A stretch of 64,000 nucleotides of DNA. It comes from Felis catus (Eukaryota). The stretch is from the NCBI RefSeq assembly GCF_018350175.1, contig NC_058368.1, forward strand, positions 169,448,001 to 169,512,000, read 5' to 3'. Below the pieces are notes generated by a model. It was given only the letters and a program-made list of their open reading frames with translations, searched no databases and had not been told where the DNA came from. The position numbers were made by a program, and so were the translations under genes. Position 1 is the stretch's first letter; every line of letters starts with the position of its first letter. Shown piece by piece: positions 25,901 through 39,255 of the stretch.

Positions 25901-26289
25901 TTGGTCCAAGCCACCTTGGTGTTTGGTGTTTATCCCGATTGCCCCTCCACAGCTCCAGAATAGCTTTAAAAACACTTTTTCTTCATTGATCCTACAACTG
26001 TCTAAGATGAAGATGTTGATGTTTCTTTCCTGGAAAAGTATTTTTAACTATGAAGTCTTTTCCTACATCTTTTGTTCAAATGGTCTTGTGAGACCAAAAG
26101 GAGCCCCTCGGAAAGAGGTTGTACAGTCACATGGTGTCACCTTTCATTCCTCCATTGCATGGGCTCTGGGTTGCTGGGGCTCATAGCGCTCCAACTCTTC
26201 TGATGGGGATTTGGATGGACTTCCTCTAGTAGGGACTGCAAGTGGGAGGACACTTTCTAAGCTTTATATAGGGTCAGCTCTTTACCAGG

Positions 26290-26770
26290 TGTATTTGTTT
26301 CCTATAGTTTCTGTAACAAACTTAGTGGCTTAAAACAAGAAAAATGTATTACCTTCCAGTTCTGCAGATCAGAAGTTTGAAATGGCTCTTAGTGGACTAA
26401 AATCAAGATGTTGAGAGGGCTGCGTCTCTTCTTTGGGCTTTAGGGGAGAATCCATTGCCACATCTTTTCCAGCTTCTAGAGGCTGTCTGCATTTCTTGGC
26501 TCAAGGCTCCCTTCCAGTATGGCGTCACTCTGACATCCTCTTCCATCTTTAGATCTCCTTTGACTCTGCCTCCCACCTCCTTTTTTCCCTTTGTAAGGAC
26601 CCCTGTGATTACATTGGGCCTATCCAAATATTCTGGGACAGTTTTCCCCATCTCAGAATCCTTAAGTTACTCATATCAGCAGAGTCTTTTGCCATGTAAA
26701 GTAACAGATTCACAGGTTTCAGGGATTAGAACATGGACATCATTGAGGTGGCCATTATTCTGCCTACCAC
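26290..26770 (-). mobile_element. MaLR solo LTR (MLT1C/D-like)
   Basis: tgtaacaaacttagtggcttaaaacaa...cagttctgcagatcagaagt...ccattattctgcctaccaca. Confidence 0.85.
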
Positions 26771-26799
26771 ACCAAGCATCATTTAAACTGATTTATACA

Positions 26800-26940
26800 T
26801 TCTAATTTAGCACTCATAACCACCCTATGGGTGATGTATTATCTCCATTTTACAGATGAGGAAACTGAGGCACAGAGAAGTTATGTAACTTGCCCAAGGT
26901 TACCCTGGGGTAGTGGAGCCAGAGTTTAAATTTGACTGGG
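26800..26940 (-). mobile_element. MIR SINE
   Basis: ccattttacagatgaggaaactgaggcacagagaagttatgtaacttgcccaaggt. Confidence 0.85.
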
Positions 26941-27626
26941 CTTTATATTTTGTTTTATTTTATTTTCCAGCTTTATTGAAATATAGTTGATGTATAACAT
27001 TGTATAAGTTTAAGGTGTACAATATGTTGATTTGATGCACTTACATGGATATTATAAAATGGATATTACCATAGTGTTAACCAACACCTCCATCATGTCA
27101 TATAAATACTATTTATTTCTTAGGATGAGAACATTTAAGATTTATTCTCTTAGCAACTTTATGTAATACAGTATTAACTATAATCATGCTATATATTACA
27201 GTCAGAACTTACTCATGATTAGAAGTTTTTTTGCTTAGTTTTGTTGTTTTTGTTTTTTATAAGTGGAAGTTTATACCCTTTGATCAACATCTCTCCATTC
27301 TGCCTCCCAACCTCTACCATTCTAGTATTTTTTTGAGTTCACTTTTTTTAGATTCCCCATGCAAGTGCTATCATATAGTATGTGACTTTTTCTGTCTGAC
27401 TTATTTCAGTTAGCATTTCCTCAAGATCCATCTATGTTGTCACAAATGGAAGGTTTCCTTTTTCTGTCGCTGAATAAGATTCCACTGTGCGTGTGCGTCT
27501 TTGTATGGGGATATATCCATATGTACATAGATGGACAGCATATGCTCACGTCTTGTTTTTTTGTTTGTTTTTTTTAATCTATCCAGCCACTCTTTGTCTT
27601 TTGAATGAAGAATTCAGTCCATTTAC

Positions 27627-27850
27627 TTTTTTTTTTAATTTTTTTGATGTTTATTCATTTTTGAAGGAGAGAGAGACAGAGTGTGAGTGGGGAAGGGGCA
27701 GAGAGAGAGAGAGAGGTACTGAATCTGAAGCAGGCTCCAGGCTCTGAGCTGTCAGCACAGAGCCCGATGCGGGGCTAGAACTCACAAACCGTGAGATCAT
27801 GACCTGAGCCGAAGTCGGACACTCAACCGACTGAGCCACCCAGGCGCCCC
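27627..27850 (-). mobile_element. Can-SINE
   Basis: T-tail, GA body, ends cccaggcgcccc. Confidence 0.93.
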
Positions 27851-28689
27851 TCTGTTTAGTTTTAAAGTAATTATTGATAGGTAAGAACTTATACCATTTT
27901 ATTAATTGTTGTCTGGCTGTTTCATAGTTTCCATGTGTTTTCTTCCTCTTGCTGCCTTCCTTTGTTACTTGGTGATTTTCCATAGTGGTAGGCTTTGATT
28001 CTCTTCTCTTTATCCTGTGTGAATCTGCTGTAGATTTTGCTTTGTGGTTACTATGATCCTTACATAGAACATTTTATAAATAGAATAGTCCATTTTACTA
28101 TGACAACTTCGATCGCATACAGAAACTTTACCCCTTTACTCTTTTTCCCTCCTTTCCTTTTTGATGTCACGACTTCCCTTTTTCTATTGTGTATCCATTA
28201 ACAGATTATTGTTGCTGTAGTTATCTTAATACTGTTGTCCTTTAACATTTTTACAAGAATTAAATGACTAACACTTTACCGTATTAAAATATTACTTTGA
28301 ATTTGACTATATACTTAACCTTTACCAGTGGTTTTTATATTTTCATAGGTTTTCATGTTACTAATTAGTGTGTTTTATTTTAGCTTGAAGAACTATTTTC
28401 TGCATTTCTTGTAAGGCGGGTGTTGTGTGATGAATTCCCTTAGCTTTTGTTTGTGTGGGGAAGTCTATCCCTCCTTCACTTCTGAAGGACAACTTTGTCA
28501 GGTAGTGTATCCTTGGTTGGCATTTCTTTTCTTTCAGCACTTTGAATATATCATCCCACTCTCTCCTGCCCTGTAAAGTCTTGGAGAGGATCTCTTTAAG
28601 TTGATTTGATGTGGTGACCTCTTAGCTCCATGGATTTGGATATCCAAATCTCTTCAAATTGGAGAAGTTCTCAGCCATTATTTCTTTCT

Positions 28690-28915
28690 TCCTTTCTTCC
28701 TTTCTTTTCTTTTTTTTTTTTTTAATGTTTATTTTTAAGAGAGAGAGACAGTGCGAGCAGGGGAGGGGCAGAGAGAGAGGGAGACACAGAATCCGAAGCA
28801 GGCCATTGGCCTGCTGTCAGCACAGAGCCTGATGCGGGGCTTGAACTCATGAACTGCACGATCCTGACCTGAGATGAAATTGAGGGCTTCAACTGACTGA
28901 GCCACCCAACGCCCC
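28690..28915 (-). mobile_element. Can-SINE
   Basis: T-rich tail, GA body; degenerate TSD cagc(ca/tg)ttatttcttt. Confidence 0.9.
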
Positions 28916-29072
28916 AGCTGTTATTTCTTTAAATAAGCTTTCTGAACCCTTCTTTTCTTCTTCTTCTTGAATTGTAATAATGTGCAGATTGGTTCTTTTG
29001 TTGTTACCTCACAGATGATGTATGCTTTCTTCACTCTTTTCCTTTCCTTTTTCTTTTTTCTTCTCTGGATAA

Positions 29073-29297
29073 TTTTTTTTTTAATTTTTTTTTTAACATT
29101 TATTTATTTTTGAGACAGAGAGAGACAGAGCATGAACAGGGGAGGGACGGAGAGAGAGGGAGACACAGAATCTGAAACAAGCTCTAGGCTCCGAGCTGTC
29201 AGCACAGAGCCCGACGCGGGGCTCGAACTCACGGACCGTGAGATCATGACCTGAGCCGAAGTCGGATGCTTAACCGACCGAGCCACCCAGGCGCCCC
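29073..29297 (-). mobile_element. Can-SINE (young, CpG-rich)
   Basis: cccgacgcggggctcgaactcacggaccgtgag; TSD tggataattt on both sides. Confidence 0.95.
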
Positions 29298-31185
29298 TGG
29301 ATAATTTCAGTTGTTCTGTCTTGGAGCTCACTTATTCTTTCTTCTGCTTGGTCAAGTCTTATGTTAAAGGTCTTTGTTGACTTCAGTCATTGTTTTCTTA
29401 AGCTCCCGAATTTGTTTGGTTTTTATTTATGTTTTCCATCTCTTTGTTGAACCTCTCATTTTGTTCTTATATTGTTTGCCTGGTATTGTTAAATTGTTTA
29501 TCTGTGTTCTCTTGTAACTCTGAGCATCTTTAGAACATTATTTTGAATTATTTGCTGGGCAATTTCTATATTTCCATTTTGGGCGGGACCAGTAACTGGA
29601 GGTTTACTGTATTCCTTTAGTAGAGTCATGTTTTCCAGATCCTCTGTGATCTCTATAACCTTGTATGGAAATTTATGTCTTTGAAGAAATCTCCACCTCC
29701 AGATTTTATGGACTGGCTTTGGTAAGGGAAGTCTTTCACTTGCGGGGGAGAGGGGAAGCAGGAACATGCTAGTTGTCCCAGCATGTGACCCCAGGTCTGC
29801 CACCTGTGATGCAAGTTCTAGCGGTGCAGGGGCATGTGGCGGCATCGGTTTTGAGGGTGGCATGATGTCTCTTTGGCTCAGGTTGCTAGGGTCCACAGCA
29901 TTGACAGCTGCATGGTCCTTGGCAAATGCTGCAGGGTGTCTGCAGTGGCTCTGAGGGCTGTTTGAGTCCTCACTGGCACCTCCAGGCCCAGTGGGTAGGG
30001 GTCAGGGCAGACAAGAGTGGTGTCCTAAGCTGGTGGTGCCCTCAGCTGCAGAGGCCTGTGTGGTGGAGGGCTGGTTGCAGACATGCATGTAGTGGTAGGA
30101 GCCATGACAGGCAGCAAGGGCTGGGGCCAACCGTGGAGGCACTGGTAGTTGCAGGGGCCCTGGATGTTGATGTGCCATGAGCCACGACGGCTCAGTCTCA
30201 TCACGGACACACAGCAGTGGAGGCTGGTGATGGGGGTCAGGTTGAGGACATGCAGTTGCACAGCTGGAGTGTTTGGCACCAGGTGAGTGTGGCGGTGCAG
30301 GCTAGTGACCGAAGACAGGGCCTCCTCCGTGCCCGTAAGCAGCCGTGGAGGCCCTGGCTATAGGCTTGCTCTCCTGTGGCTGCAGAGTCTCTTCCTGAGC
30401 GTGTGCAGGCAGTGGAGGTTGGAGACAAGCATCAGGTTGGCGGCATGCAAGTGCATAGCTGGAGGGGCTAGCTCCATGGCAGTGGGGGTCGGCCGCGGGG
30501 GTCTGGGCCGGAGTCTTGCACTTGAGCAGCCGCAGAGGCCTGGGCTGGCTGCTGGTGTGGTTCCTAAGTTCCAGAGAGGCTGAGTGGGGAGAGAGTAAGA
30601 GGGACACAGGTGGCTGGCATCAGTTAATGCCAATCCATGTGAGGTGAAAGTTGGTGAAATCTGCAGAGGTTCCATGGCAGATGTGCTGGCCACTGGTTCC
30701 TTCTTCAATGGTGAAAGCTGCCGGGTTTGTCTGTAGAGCAGGTCACTGTGAACCATTCTTATTCATGCTGTGTGGCCGCTCTTGGTAGCTAGCCCCTGCT
30801 TTTTTTTTTTTTTTTTTTTCCTTGTTCCTAGATATCTCTGTATATCTCTTGGTGTGGTACTCCCAATGACTGGGAAACCTGGTTTTACCCTGCTCTTCTT
30901 TCCTACCAAGGGGAACTGTTTCTAACTGGGGAGTTCCCTTGTGGCCCTGAGCAGTGCTGGCCTAGGGGATGGGATGATGCGCACAAAATGAAGCCATCTT
31001 CCTTCTTTTACTGTGTGGTTATTCTCAGGTGTTCTGTTCCACTGTGCTGTGAGGAGACTCCAGGGCTGTCCCATAGCTGTTTTTGTTCACAGATAGCTGT
31101 TTCATTGTTGATCTTTGTGGGAGGATGGAGGCTGGGTCTCCTGTGCTGTTGTTGCGATGATAATACTCTTGGCTTTAGAGTCTTG

Positions 31186-31432
31186 TTTTTTGTTTTTTTT
31201 AAGGTTATTTATTTATTTTTGAGAGAGAGCGAGAGAGCAAGCGAACAAGCAGGGGAGGGACAGAGAGAAAGAGAGAGGGGGGGGAGAGAGAGAGAGGGAG
31301 AGAATCCCATGCAGGTTCCGAACTGTCAGCTCAGAGCCCGATGCAGGGCTCGAACTCACTAGCCTTGAGATCGTGAACTGAGCCAAAATCAAAGAGTCTG
31401 ACACTTAACCGACTGAGCCACCCAAGTGCCCC
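31186..31432 (-). mobile_element. Can-SINE
   Basis: T-tail, expanded GA body, ends cccaagtgcccc. Confidence 0.92.
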
Positions 31433-31519
31433 TGGAGTCTGTTCTTAATCACAGTTGTGCCCTGGAAAGTTGTACCCTTCAAAGTGATTTTACAAAGCCA
31501 TACTTTTATTGTAGCAACA

Positions 31520-31750
31520 ACAGAAGTAATGTCTTCTTGAGTACCTGCTTCTTGGCAGGCCCTGTGCTAAGTTCTTTTGTAACCGTTCCAAGCAGTAGGT
31601 ATTAGCACTTTTTTTCCCCATAAGGAAACTGAGGCCCAGAAAAATTAAGTTATTTTCTGAAGGTCACAGTGCTAGTGTACCAAAGCTGTTGTTGGAACCC
31701 ACATCATCTGACCCAGTGCCCATGTGCTTAACCATTCACCTAAACTGCCT
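31520..31750 (-). mobile_element. MIR SINE
   Basis: ataaggaaactgaggcccagaaaaattaagt...aaggtcacag. Confidence 0.7.
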
Positions 31751-32954
31751 TTATTAGCTAAAAGGAGTCATTAAAAATAAAGGTAATCATTATTTGCAGT
31801 TACTTAAAAATAAAAATGTGGTGAAGTATAATATCCTAGAGCATGAGATGGAAGAATCTGGTACAAGGATAATTAGAAGAATTAATACCCAGTTAAGCAG
31901 ATTATCAAAAGATGCATGTTTATGAATTTATGTTACCCTCTAGTTTAGGGGTGATTTGGCAAGTGGATTATTTTTGGCTTGTTTATCTTAGATATTGCAG
32001 TGACATGTGTGAAGTCAGAGACATCGGCCCCCAACCTGGCTGAACACCAGAATCACCTGTGGAACATAAACACTGCAGTTTCTGAGACTCTTCCCAAGAT
32101 TCCAGGGTGGATTCCTTGGTTTTGTAATTTTGAGCAGTCTTTCAGATGCTTCTGATGGTTATTGTTAGAGCCTTTTACCCAGTCACATTTACTGCATGGT
32201 GGGCACATTTAGTGATGGAATCCAGGTCCAGAAATATCTTGATGTGATGGAGTAATATACTGAATCTAACAAAATCCAACAATACAGAGGAAAAGAAAGC
32301 ATGAATGATAGGTGGTATGGAGCTAGAGTTTCAGACTTACAAACACATACATTTTGGAGTGAAGTGTTGTTTCTTTTGAATGCCGCCTTTGGTGACATTG
32401 GTGGTTATCTTATAAACGTGTAATACTGTTTCCTCTATAGGTCTCTGAACTAGAAACTTGATTTGGTTGAGTGAAGATTTTCTGTCACTATCATGGTAGG
32501 AAGAATTTCAGAATCACCTTGGGTTCTTTTATCAGACTCTTTCCCTCCCCCACATCAGTTGAAAGTCAGAGCCCATTGAGCCATGCTTGCTAATGGTAGT
32601 GAAAGTTGAAAAATTGTGGTTGGACTGTACAAAATCCATAATCTCTGTTTGCCCTAGAGGAGGAGTCACATATTTTACCCTACTCACAAAGTCATGATTG
32701 TCACTGTGGCCAAACATGGCTCAATTTCTATATTATTTCCCTCTTAGTTGATGAAGATCACCCTATAATTGAGGACGTTTACTTCTCATTCTTACCTATG
32801 TTTTGGGTCACAGTGAAGATTTTTGTTGATTTACTTCTTAAAAAATGTTAGTGTTTCATTTTTATTCATATTATTTTTGGTATGAACTGTGCCAAAAAAT
32901 GACATTTAATACTTCCTTATCTTAGAGAAAAAGTTGCACACAGTTTCCCCCGCC

Positions 32955-33165
32955 CCTAGTAAATATTTGCAGTTCTTTTGTGCATCAGGCATTGTGCTAG
33001 GCATCAGGGTATGGTGATGAATAACAATAGCTGTGGTGCCTGTTCTCAAGATAAATATTTATTTAGTGATGAAGATGGGGAAATAAATAGTACATGAATA
33101 AAATAGGTAAAAGATGTAATACGACAAAAAATAAGTTGACATAATACAGAATCACCTGAGAAGGC

Positions 33166-33204
<39 letters not shown>

Positions 33205-34560
33205 TTGAAATGTTTATTTATTTTGAGAGAGGGAGGGAGAGACAGAGAGAATCCCAAGCAGGCTCTGCACTGCTCAGTCCCACAAACCTTGAGATTATAA
33301 CCTGAACTGAAATCAAGAGTCTGACGCTTAACTGACGGAGCCACCCAAGTACCCCTGAGAAGGCCTGTTTTATACAGGATGGCTGGGGAAGGCTATGCTG
33401 AGGGGACATTTCAGGTGAGATCTGAAGTACTCTATAAAGGAAGAACGTGTATGAAGGTCTCGAGATGGGTTGAAGAGGACCTGGCTTAGAACTGAAAAGA
33501 GATGAGGGTGAAGCTAAATTGGGGGAGGGGGGATAGTTGGATACAGGTCCTTACTGATGGTAGTGTAAGTGCAGTGAGAAACTAGCTCTGGATTGCATTG
33601 TAAGAAAGATACAATGCGGCTGCATAGGTCATGGTTGAAGGATGTAAGTCTAGGATTGGGAAATTAGTTAAGAGGCTGCTGTGTACGAGACAGGAGAGAT
33701 TGTCGGAGGATTGGATCAGCATGGTTGCAGTTGAGAGGGAGAGACGTGGAGTGATTCAACAGCTATTGTAGAGGTAGTAAGGAAAGAGCTTGCAGGTAGA
33801 CTGGATTTGTGAGCGGGGTGAGGAAGGAGGAAGAATCCGTTACGCCACCAAGATTTGGGGAGTGACTAACTAGGTGGACATTAGAGCTACTTACTGAAGA
33901 TCTGAAGATGCAGAAGGCTTATTTGGGAGGGTTCTTTGGGGCATAAGTTTGAAACCCAAGTGGAGGAACGGAAGTGGAGGAATGGAGTAGTCATTTGGGT
34001 GTATGGGTTTGTTTTCCAGAGAAGAGGCTTCAGTTAGAGATAGAAATGTAGATGAGACATCAGTACAAATGATGGAATTTAAACCATGGAGTGTATGAGA
34101 TAGTTTAAGATAGTATAGAGACTGCAGAGGTCCCAGAAATTAACCTTAAGGCCCTTCATCATGTAGTTACTGGGGAGAGAAGGAGACTGATAAACCAGAG
34201 GCAGAAGGAAACCTAGAGCATGCTGGGCTGAGAGTAGGTGCAGAAAACGTCGCCAGGAGGAAGAAGTGGTCTAGTGTGCTAGATGCTCCTCAAGATGATG
34301 AGTCAGGTGAGCACAGCGTGTGCTTATCATGACTGACTCCATGGAAGTCTTTGGGGCCTGTTCAGGGGCAGTTTGGGTGGAGTGGTATGCACAGGCTGAA
34401 TACAGCGGGCAGATGAGAGAATAGGAATTTATAAGGAATGTATATAGTGAGTACCGACTGTTGATAACCTCTGTATGTCTCTGAAGGCGCTGGGGCCCTG
34501 GAAGGGGATTGTGGGGCTAAGGGAAGCACTGGAGTTTGATTTGGTGTTTTAGACAGGATA
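32955..34560 (-). mobile_element. L2 fragment interrupted by a Can-SINE
   Basis: agtaaatatttg...caggcattgtgctaggc, then purine-rich degenerate L2-like sequence; boundaries uncertain. Confidence 0.5.
33166..33355 (-). mobile_element. Internally deleted Can-SINE with (TTTA)n tail
   Basis: TSD (c)tgagaaggc on both sides; ends cccaagtacccc. Confidence 0.9.
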
Positions 34561-37500
34561 TCATGCTAAGTTGAACCCTAGGAAATTGGTGAACTGTACT
34601 ATATTTGATTTATGAGAATGGCAAATTTCATATAGTTTGACCTAATGTTACATGTTATACTACTGAGAATGAGTTACTTTTGAAAAGGGAGTTTGATGAA
34701 GCAGTGTTGAGAGAGTTTTAACCAAAAGAGTACAGCCTTTGAGCTGTTGAGAGAGATGGGTTTGGAGCTCCCCAGTCAAGTGTTGGCCTTTGAAGCGGGG
34801 AGGGGGAAGGCACACATTTTTTCCACTGTAACAGGAAGGAAGATGCTGATGTACAGATTCAGCCGAGTTTCAGTGATCATCGTGATGCCGATCCTGGCAG
34901 CTAGTGTTTACCCGGGGCCAGTAATTGAGGAACAAGCTTTCAGATTTGGCTGTAGGTGCACATTGATTGATTTGTTCATAGGACTGAGTGGCTACTGATC
35001 CTGTTTTGCCTTGTAGTAGGCTCTAAATTTTCTCCCTCAAAAGTCATTGATATCAGTGAAATTTTTTTTTATTATTATTCAGTTTTTCCCTTTCATCAAA
35101 AGCAGAGTACATCAAATAGCATGACCTCCTTCTCCACTCATCAGCAGTAAAACACCATGGGCCTCCCTATAGAACTGATTAGCAAATCAAAGAATAAAGT
35201 GTTTTTCTCACAAGTGATTTTCTTACCCTACAGAAAATTGTCTTTTTCAGTATTGCTATCAGTATTCTTTGACTTGTCAGAATAATTGAAACGATACCTG
35301 TGATTTCTGTTACTTCAATGCAGACTACAAGTGCATCCTTTTAAGGTCATACTACTCTTCTTCTGTCTTGTGTACAAGAATTTGCTTATGAGGTATGTAT
35401 ATTTCAAGAATTTCAGCTGTCCTGAGGGAGGTTTTATTTCACTGCATAATATAGTTTTAAAAAAATGATTTTCATTAGACCATTCTGCTGACATATCCTC
35501 AGGCCACAATTTTCTCCATGGACTTATTAATTCAGTACAGAATTCCAGGTACTGATCATTAATTGTATCTTAAAAACTACAATGAGATCGAAGTCGTCTT
35601 TAGTGCCTTCAGGATTATTTTTCATGAAACATCTACCTCCTGTAATATTTATTTTGAATAATATGCTCATCCATGGGTTATGGGACTAGAGTCATTGTAG
35701 GAATATTCCCAGATGTGTGTGCTTGTTTCTCAGTGTGTGCTTGTTGAGCTCTAGGCAGCTTTGCCTTGTGCATGGCTCCAAAATTATCTTTTCCTGAAAG
35801 TGCAGGTAGGTCTGGAGAAATGCAGACACTGTATTAATTTATACACTGTAATTGTCCGATAAAACATGCTGCATCTTTAAAAGCTCTAGGGTGGTGGTAT
35901 TTTAGACAAAAGTTTTATTTTATGGATGAGGGTAGCTTTACTAGAGGCAAGATAAGCCAACATGTTCTAATTCTGCTTGGAATCAGGAACTCGATTTACT
36001 GTTGTTACCTGCTGTGGTAGAAATTGCAAGCATCCCTGACATAGACTTGTATCTTCAGTATTGGAAATATTCAACAGAATTCATCAGCAGTGATTTCAAA
36101 AAGCTGCAGTCTCTGATGTTTTGATAATAAGTGAAGAAAAGTTTTCCTGTTATTTCAGACAGCCTTTGATAGCATGTCATTTTATGAAAATATACACAGA
36201 TTAGTCTGTTGCATACCTGATTCAAATGTTTTTAGCTTCTTTGGGTGAACTTTGGGTTATGCCAAGCTTCTTTGGGTGAACTTTGGGGGACTCCCTTTGG
36301 CCTTTCTACTGAGAACCACTGTCCATCCATATGTGCTGATAAAGAAGGGTTTGTAGTATGATAGTGCTCAATGGGTTTGCTGACCTGGAATCTAACTGGT
36401 TCAGCCAGCTTCTCTTTGAGCCCTGAACTAGTGTTGTACTGATCCATCACATTTCCTTTGCTTTGCCATTTCTAGTCGTGACCTGCTGCGTATTCTTTCT
36501 CTTGCTTTTCCGTAGACGAAATGGGGCTTGTCTTACAGGGTGAGTTCTGTGCTAAAACCTTGTACTTCCTCCTTCTATATATGCTGATGAACAGGTTTCA
36601 AAGTTCTACCTCTTAGAAATAGCCCACCACCCCAGCGGTGACAGTTTTGACATGCATGGGCTTTTTCTGTCACGTGCCTCTAAATAGACCTGGGAGAGCA
36701 TCTTTCAGGTCTAAGGAGACTATCTTTTGCTCTTCCACCTCCCTCCTCCCCACAAAGACAATGTGCTGCTGATTTGCTTCTAATTTTGGCTATTTCTTTT
36801 CTCATTCCAAAATATTTTCTCTAGTCCCTTCAGACGTCTTTCAGTTTACACAGTTTGCTGCAGTGGCCTTCCCTTGGAAGACTCCAGTCTGCTGACCTCT
36901 CTTCTCCCCTTGTTGAAGTGGCCACTAACCTGGAAGTAGAATCCTTTTCTTCTCCTGGCTTCCCTATCAAACAGTCAACAACTATTCATAACAGACTAAA
37001 GTAGAATTTAAATACCCATAATCAGTTTTTATCATCTCGATTATGTATTTTTTTTCAAAAAGGGATGGTATCAAATTACTATTTTTTATCCATGCTTTTT
37101 AAAGTGGTTTTTCTCCATTGTATCTCCTGAAAACACCTTCTCATATATTTTAATTTTTAAAGAATTTATATTTCTGTATTTTCAGGGACTGAGAACATCT
37201 TCATGATATAGATGTACCATTTGACCAGTTCCTTACCTTTGGACGTTTAGGTGTTTTCCCTTTTCCCTCCCTCCTTCTTTCTGTCTTCCTATTATTTACT
37301 GGTGATAGAACTTTTGTTTTTGGGTGTCCAGAGTTGTTTTTCACTATGTATATAGTTATGTTTATTAAACCCTAGCACGGACTTTTTGAGTAGTCTCTTG
37401 CTAGTTACAGTGTCACTTTGTGTTAAGGTAAGGACTCCTATCTTACCTATATCTGTCTCCCCAGTGTAGCATTATGCCTGGTACAGTAGGTGTAAAGAAT

Positions 37501-38289
37501 TCTTGTTGAGTTCTAGAAATATAAGGGCCATGTGACAAATATTTAAGTATCTCCTGTTTATTTGAGATTCCAGAGATAGGAGTGAACAAGACAAAGATTG
37601 TCCTTGCTCTCATAAGCTGAGATATTATTCTGTATAACAAGGTTTATGTTGTAAGGACTACAAGCCTCTTAATGTGAGGATCACTTAAAAAATCATAAAG
37701 TCACACAGTATGGTAGGAGAGTCCAAATGACCTACAGTATGATTACTTGGGGGACCTGCATTCCAGGTTTTTTCATGCATATGGCTAATTAAGAGTTGAG
37801 TAACTGATTTTCCTGTAGATGATATTTCTTATCTAGGATTGTCCACAAGGGTTGCCAATTATGATGGAATGATTTTTTTCAGGTTCACGCTTTTTGACCC
37901 TTTCAAGTGACTAAAATCAATTATACTTAAATTTAAAATTTCATACCTGAACATAGTATGTGGTTCTTAGGTATTATAAAGAACTCAAAGATCTTTTAGG
38001 GCTGGGTTTGGGGCAGTAGGAAGTATATCCCTAAATATTTTTGGTCTTTCTGTTGCACATTTTAAAATATGATTAAGCAAAGATTGAAGCCATGGAGATT
38101 TTCTGCTGTAAGTCGGTGTTTCAACACTGCCAGCCATTCACGCTCTTTGTGATCCCACTTACAGAAGTGGAAAGTGATGGGTGAGTAGCTGCACTCTTGG
38201 GCAGGCACATAATTTTTTTAAAAAATGTGTGTGCCTCAGCAGAGCTATATTAGAGTTTCCTATAGCTGCCTTTTTCTTTTTTATTGTAG

Positions 38290-38547
38290 GGCCAGCTCTC
38301 AATGTTGCAAGAAAAAATAGACCATTTGGAGCGTTTGCTAGCTGAGAATAATGAGATCATCTCAAATATTAGAGACTCGGTCATCAATTTGAGTGAATCT
38401 GTGGAGGATGGTCCAAAAAGTTCACAAGGCAATTTCAGCCAAGGTGCTGGCTTACCTCTTCTGCCGTCAAAACAGCTGTCCCTCATAGTGGACCCTGAAG
38501 ACTGTTCATTCGCTTTACAAGGTGGAAGTAGGCATTCAGATGTGCAG
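38290..38547 (+). CDS. MAN2A1: MAN2A1 coding exon 2: lumenal stem with coiled-coil-like segment and NLS/NFS sequons
   Basis: Polypyrimidine tract + TAG acceptor at 38288-38289. Reads GQLSMLQEKIDHLERLLAENNEIISNIRDSVINLSESVEDGPKSSQGNFSQG...RHSDVQ. Donor CAG|GTAATG; 258 nt, phase 0/0. Confidence 0.96.
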
Positions 38548-38979
38548 GTAATGTATGCATTCATTAATAATCATTGGGCTTCTTTGTCTTTTACTTTCTT
38601 TTTTTGATCTGGTGTCTGTTTTAACTTAGTTGCTTAAACTGTCTGGAGTTTAGTTTGTATTTTTGTAAACTGGCTTGATTATTCACCTGATCATTAATGT
38701 TCTTTTTAGTGATAAAATTCTGTAATTCTGTGTTTCCTCCAATTTTTTTTTATTATTTTATGCGTTGTGGCCTTTTTGTATGTTTTTTAGGTCTTTCTCT
38801 AGTAGATGAAGTTTAGAGGTTTAAATTTGGTCAAAGAGATTTTCTCATCTTCCTATAAAGAGTACAAGAAAAGCTATATTCTTACTATGTCTCTGTTATA
38901 CACTATAGGTTTCACACAGTGTAGGGTTAGATTCCTTTTGCTAACTATCTCTTTGTGAAAGAGGGAAGGGAAATACTGT

Positions 38980-39255
38980 AGAGCTGTGCTGTTCAGAATG
39001 GAAGCCACTGTCCACAGGTGACTACTGAGCATGTGAAATGTGGCTAGTTTGAAGTGAGATGTGCTCTAAGTGTTGAGACTTTCTACAAAAACAAAGGTAA
39101 AGTGTTCATTTTTATATTGATTATATGTTGAGAAAATAATATTATGAATACATTGGGTTAAATAAAATATATCAATAAAATTAATTTCACTTAATTTTAT
39201 CAGAAAATTTAAAATTATGGATTTGGCTTGCATTCTGCTTCTCTTGGATAGCATT
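38980..39255. mobile_element. MER33/MER3-like hAT DNA transposon
   Basis: gtgctgttcagaatggaagccactgtccacaggtgactactgagcatgtgaaatgtggctagt...ttggatagcatt. Confidence 0.75.

Larger units (their letters stand above)
26950..31150 (-). mobile_element. Old L1 with GC-rich 5' UTR, ORF1 remnant, start of ORF2 and 3' end; most of ORF2 missing; interrupted by three SINEs
   Basis: 3' end cagctttattgaaatatagttg at ~26968; endonuclease start YLSIITL[SINE]VNGLNSSFKRQRVAG at ~27890-27575; ORF1-like ENMTLLKEYSKPPVT in 29498-29896; GC-rich 29750-30780. Confidence 0.8.

Noticed and set aside
29498..30756. Cluster of 60-130 aa ORFs in intron 1
   Set aside because: They lie in the L1 5' UTR and ORF1 remnant; no independent gene structure.
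36234..36287. 23-bp direct repeat with an 8-bp spacer; similar two-copy repeats at 7940-7976, 11243-11278 and 53885-53912
   Set aside because: Only two copies each, consistent with ordinary local tandem duplications; no array structure and nothing CRISPR-like in this mammalian context.
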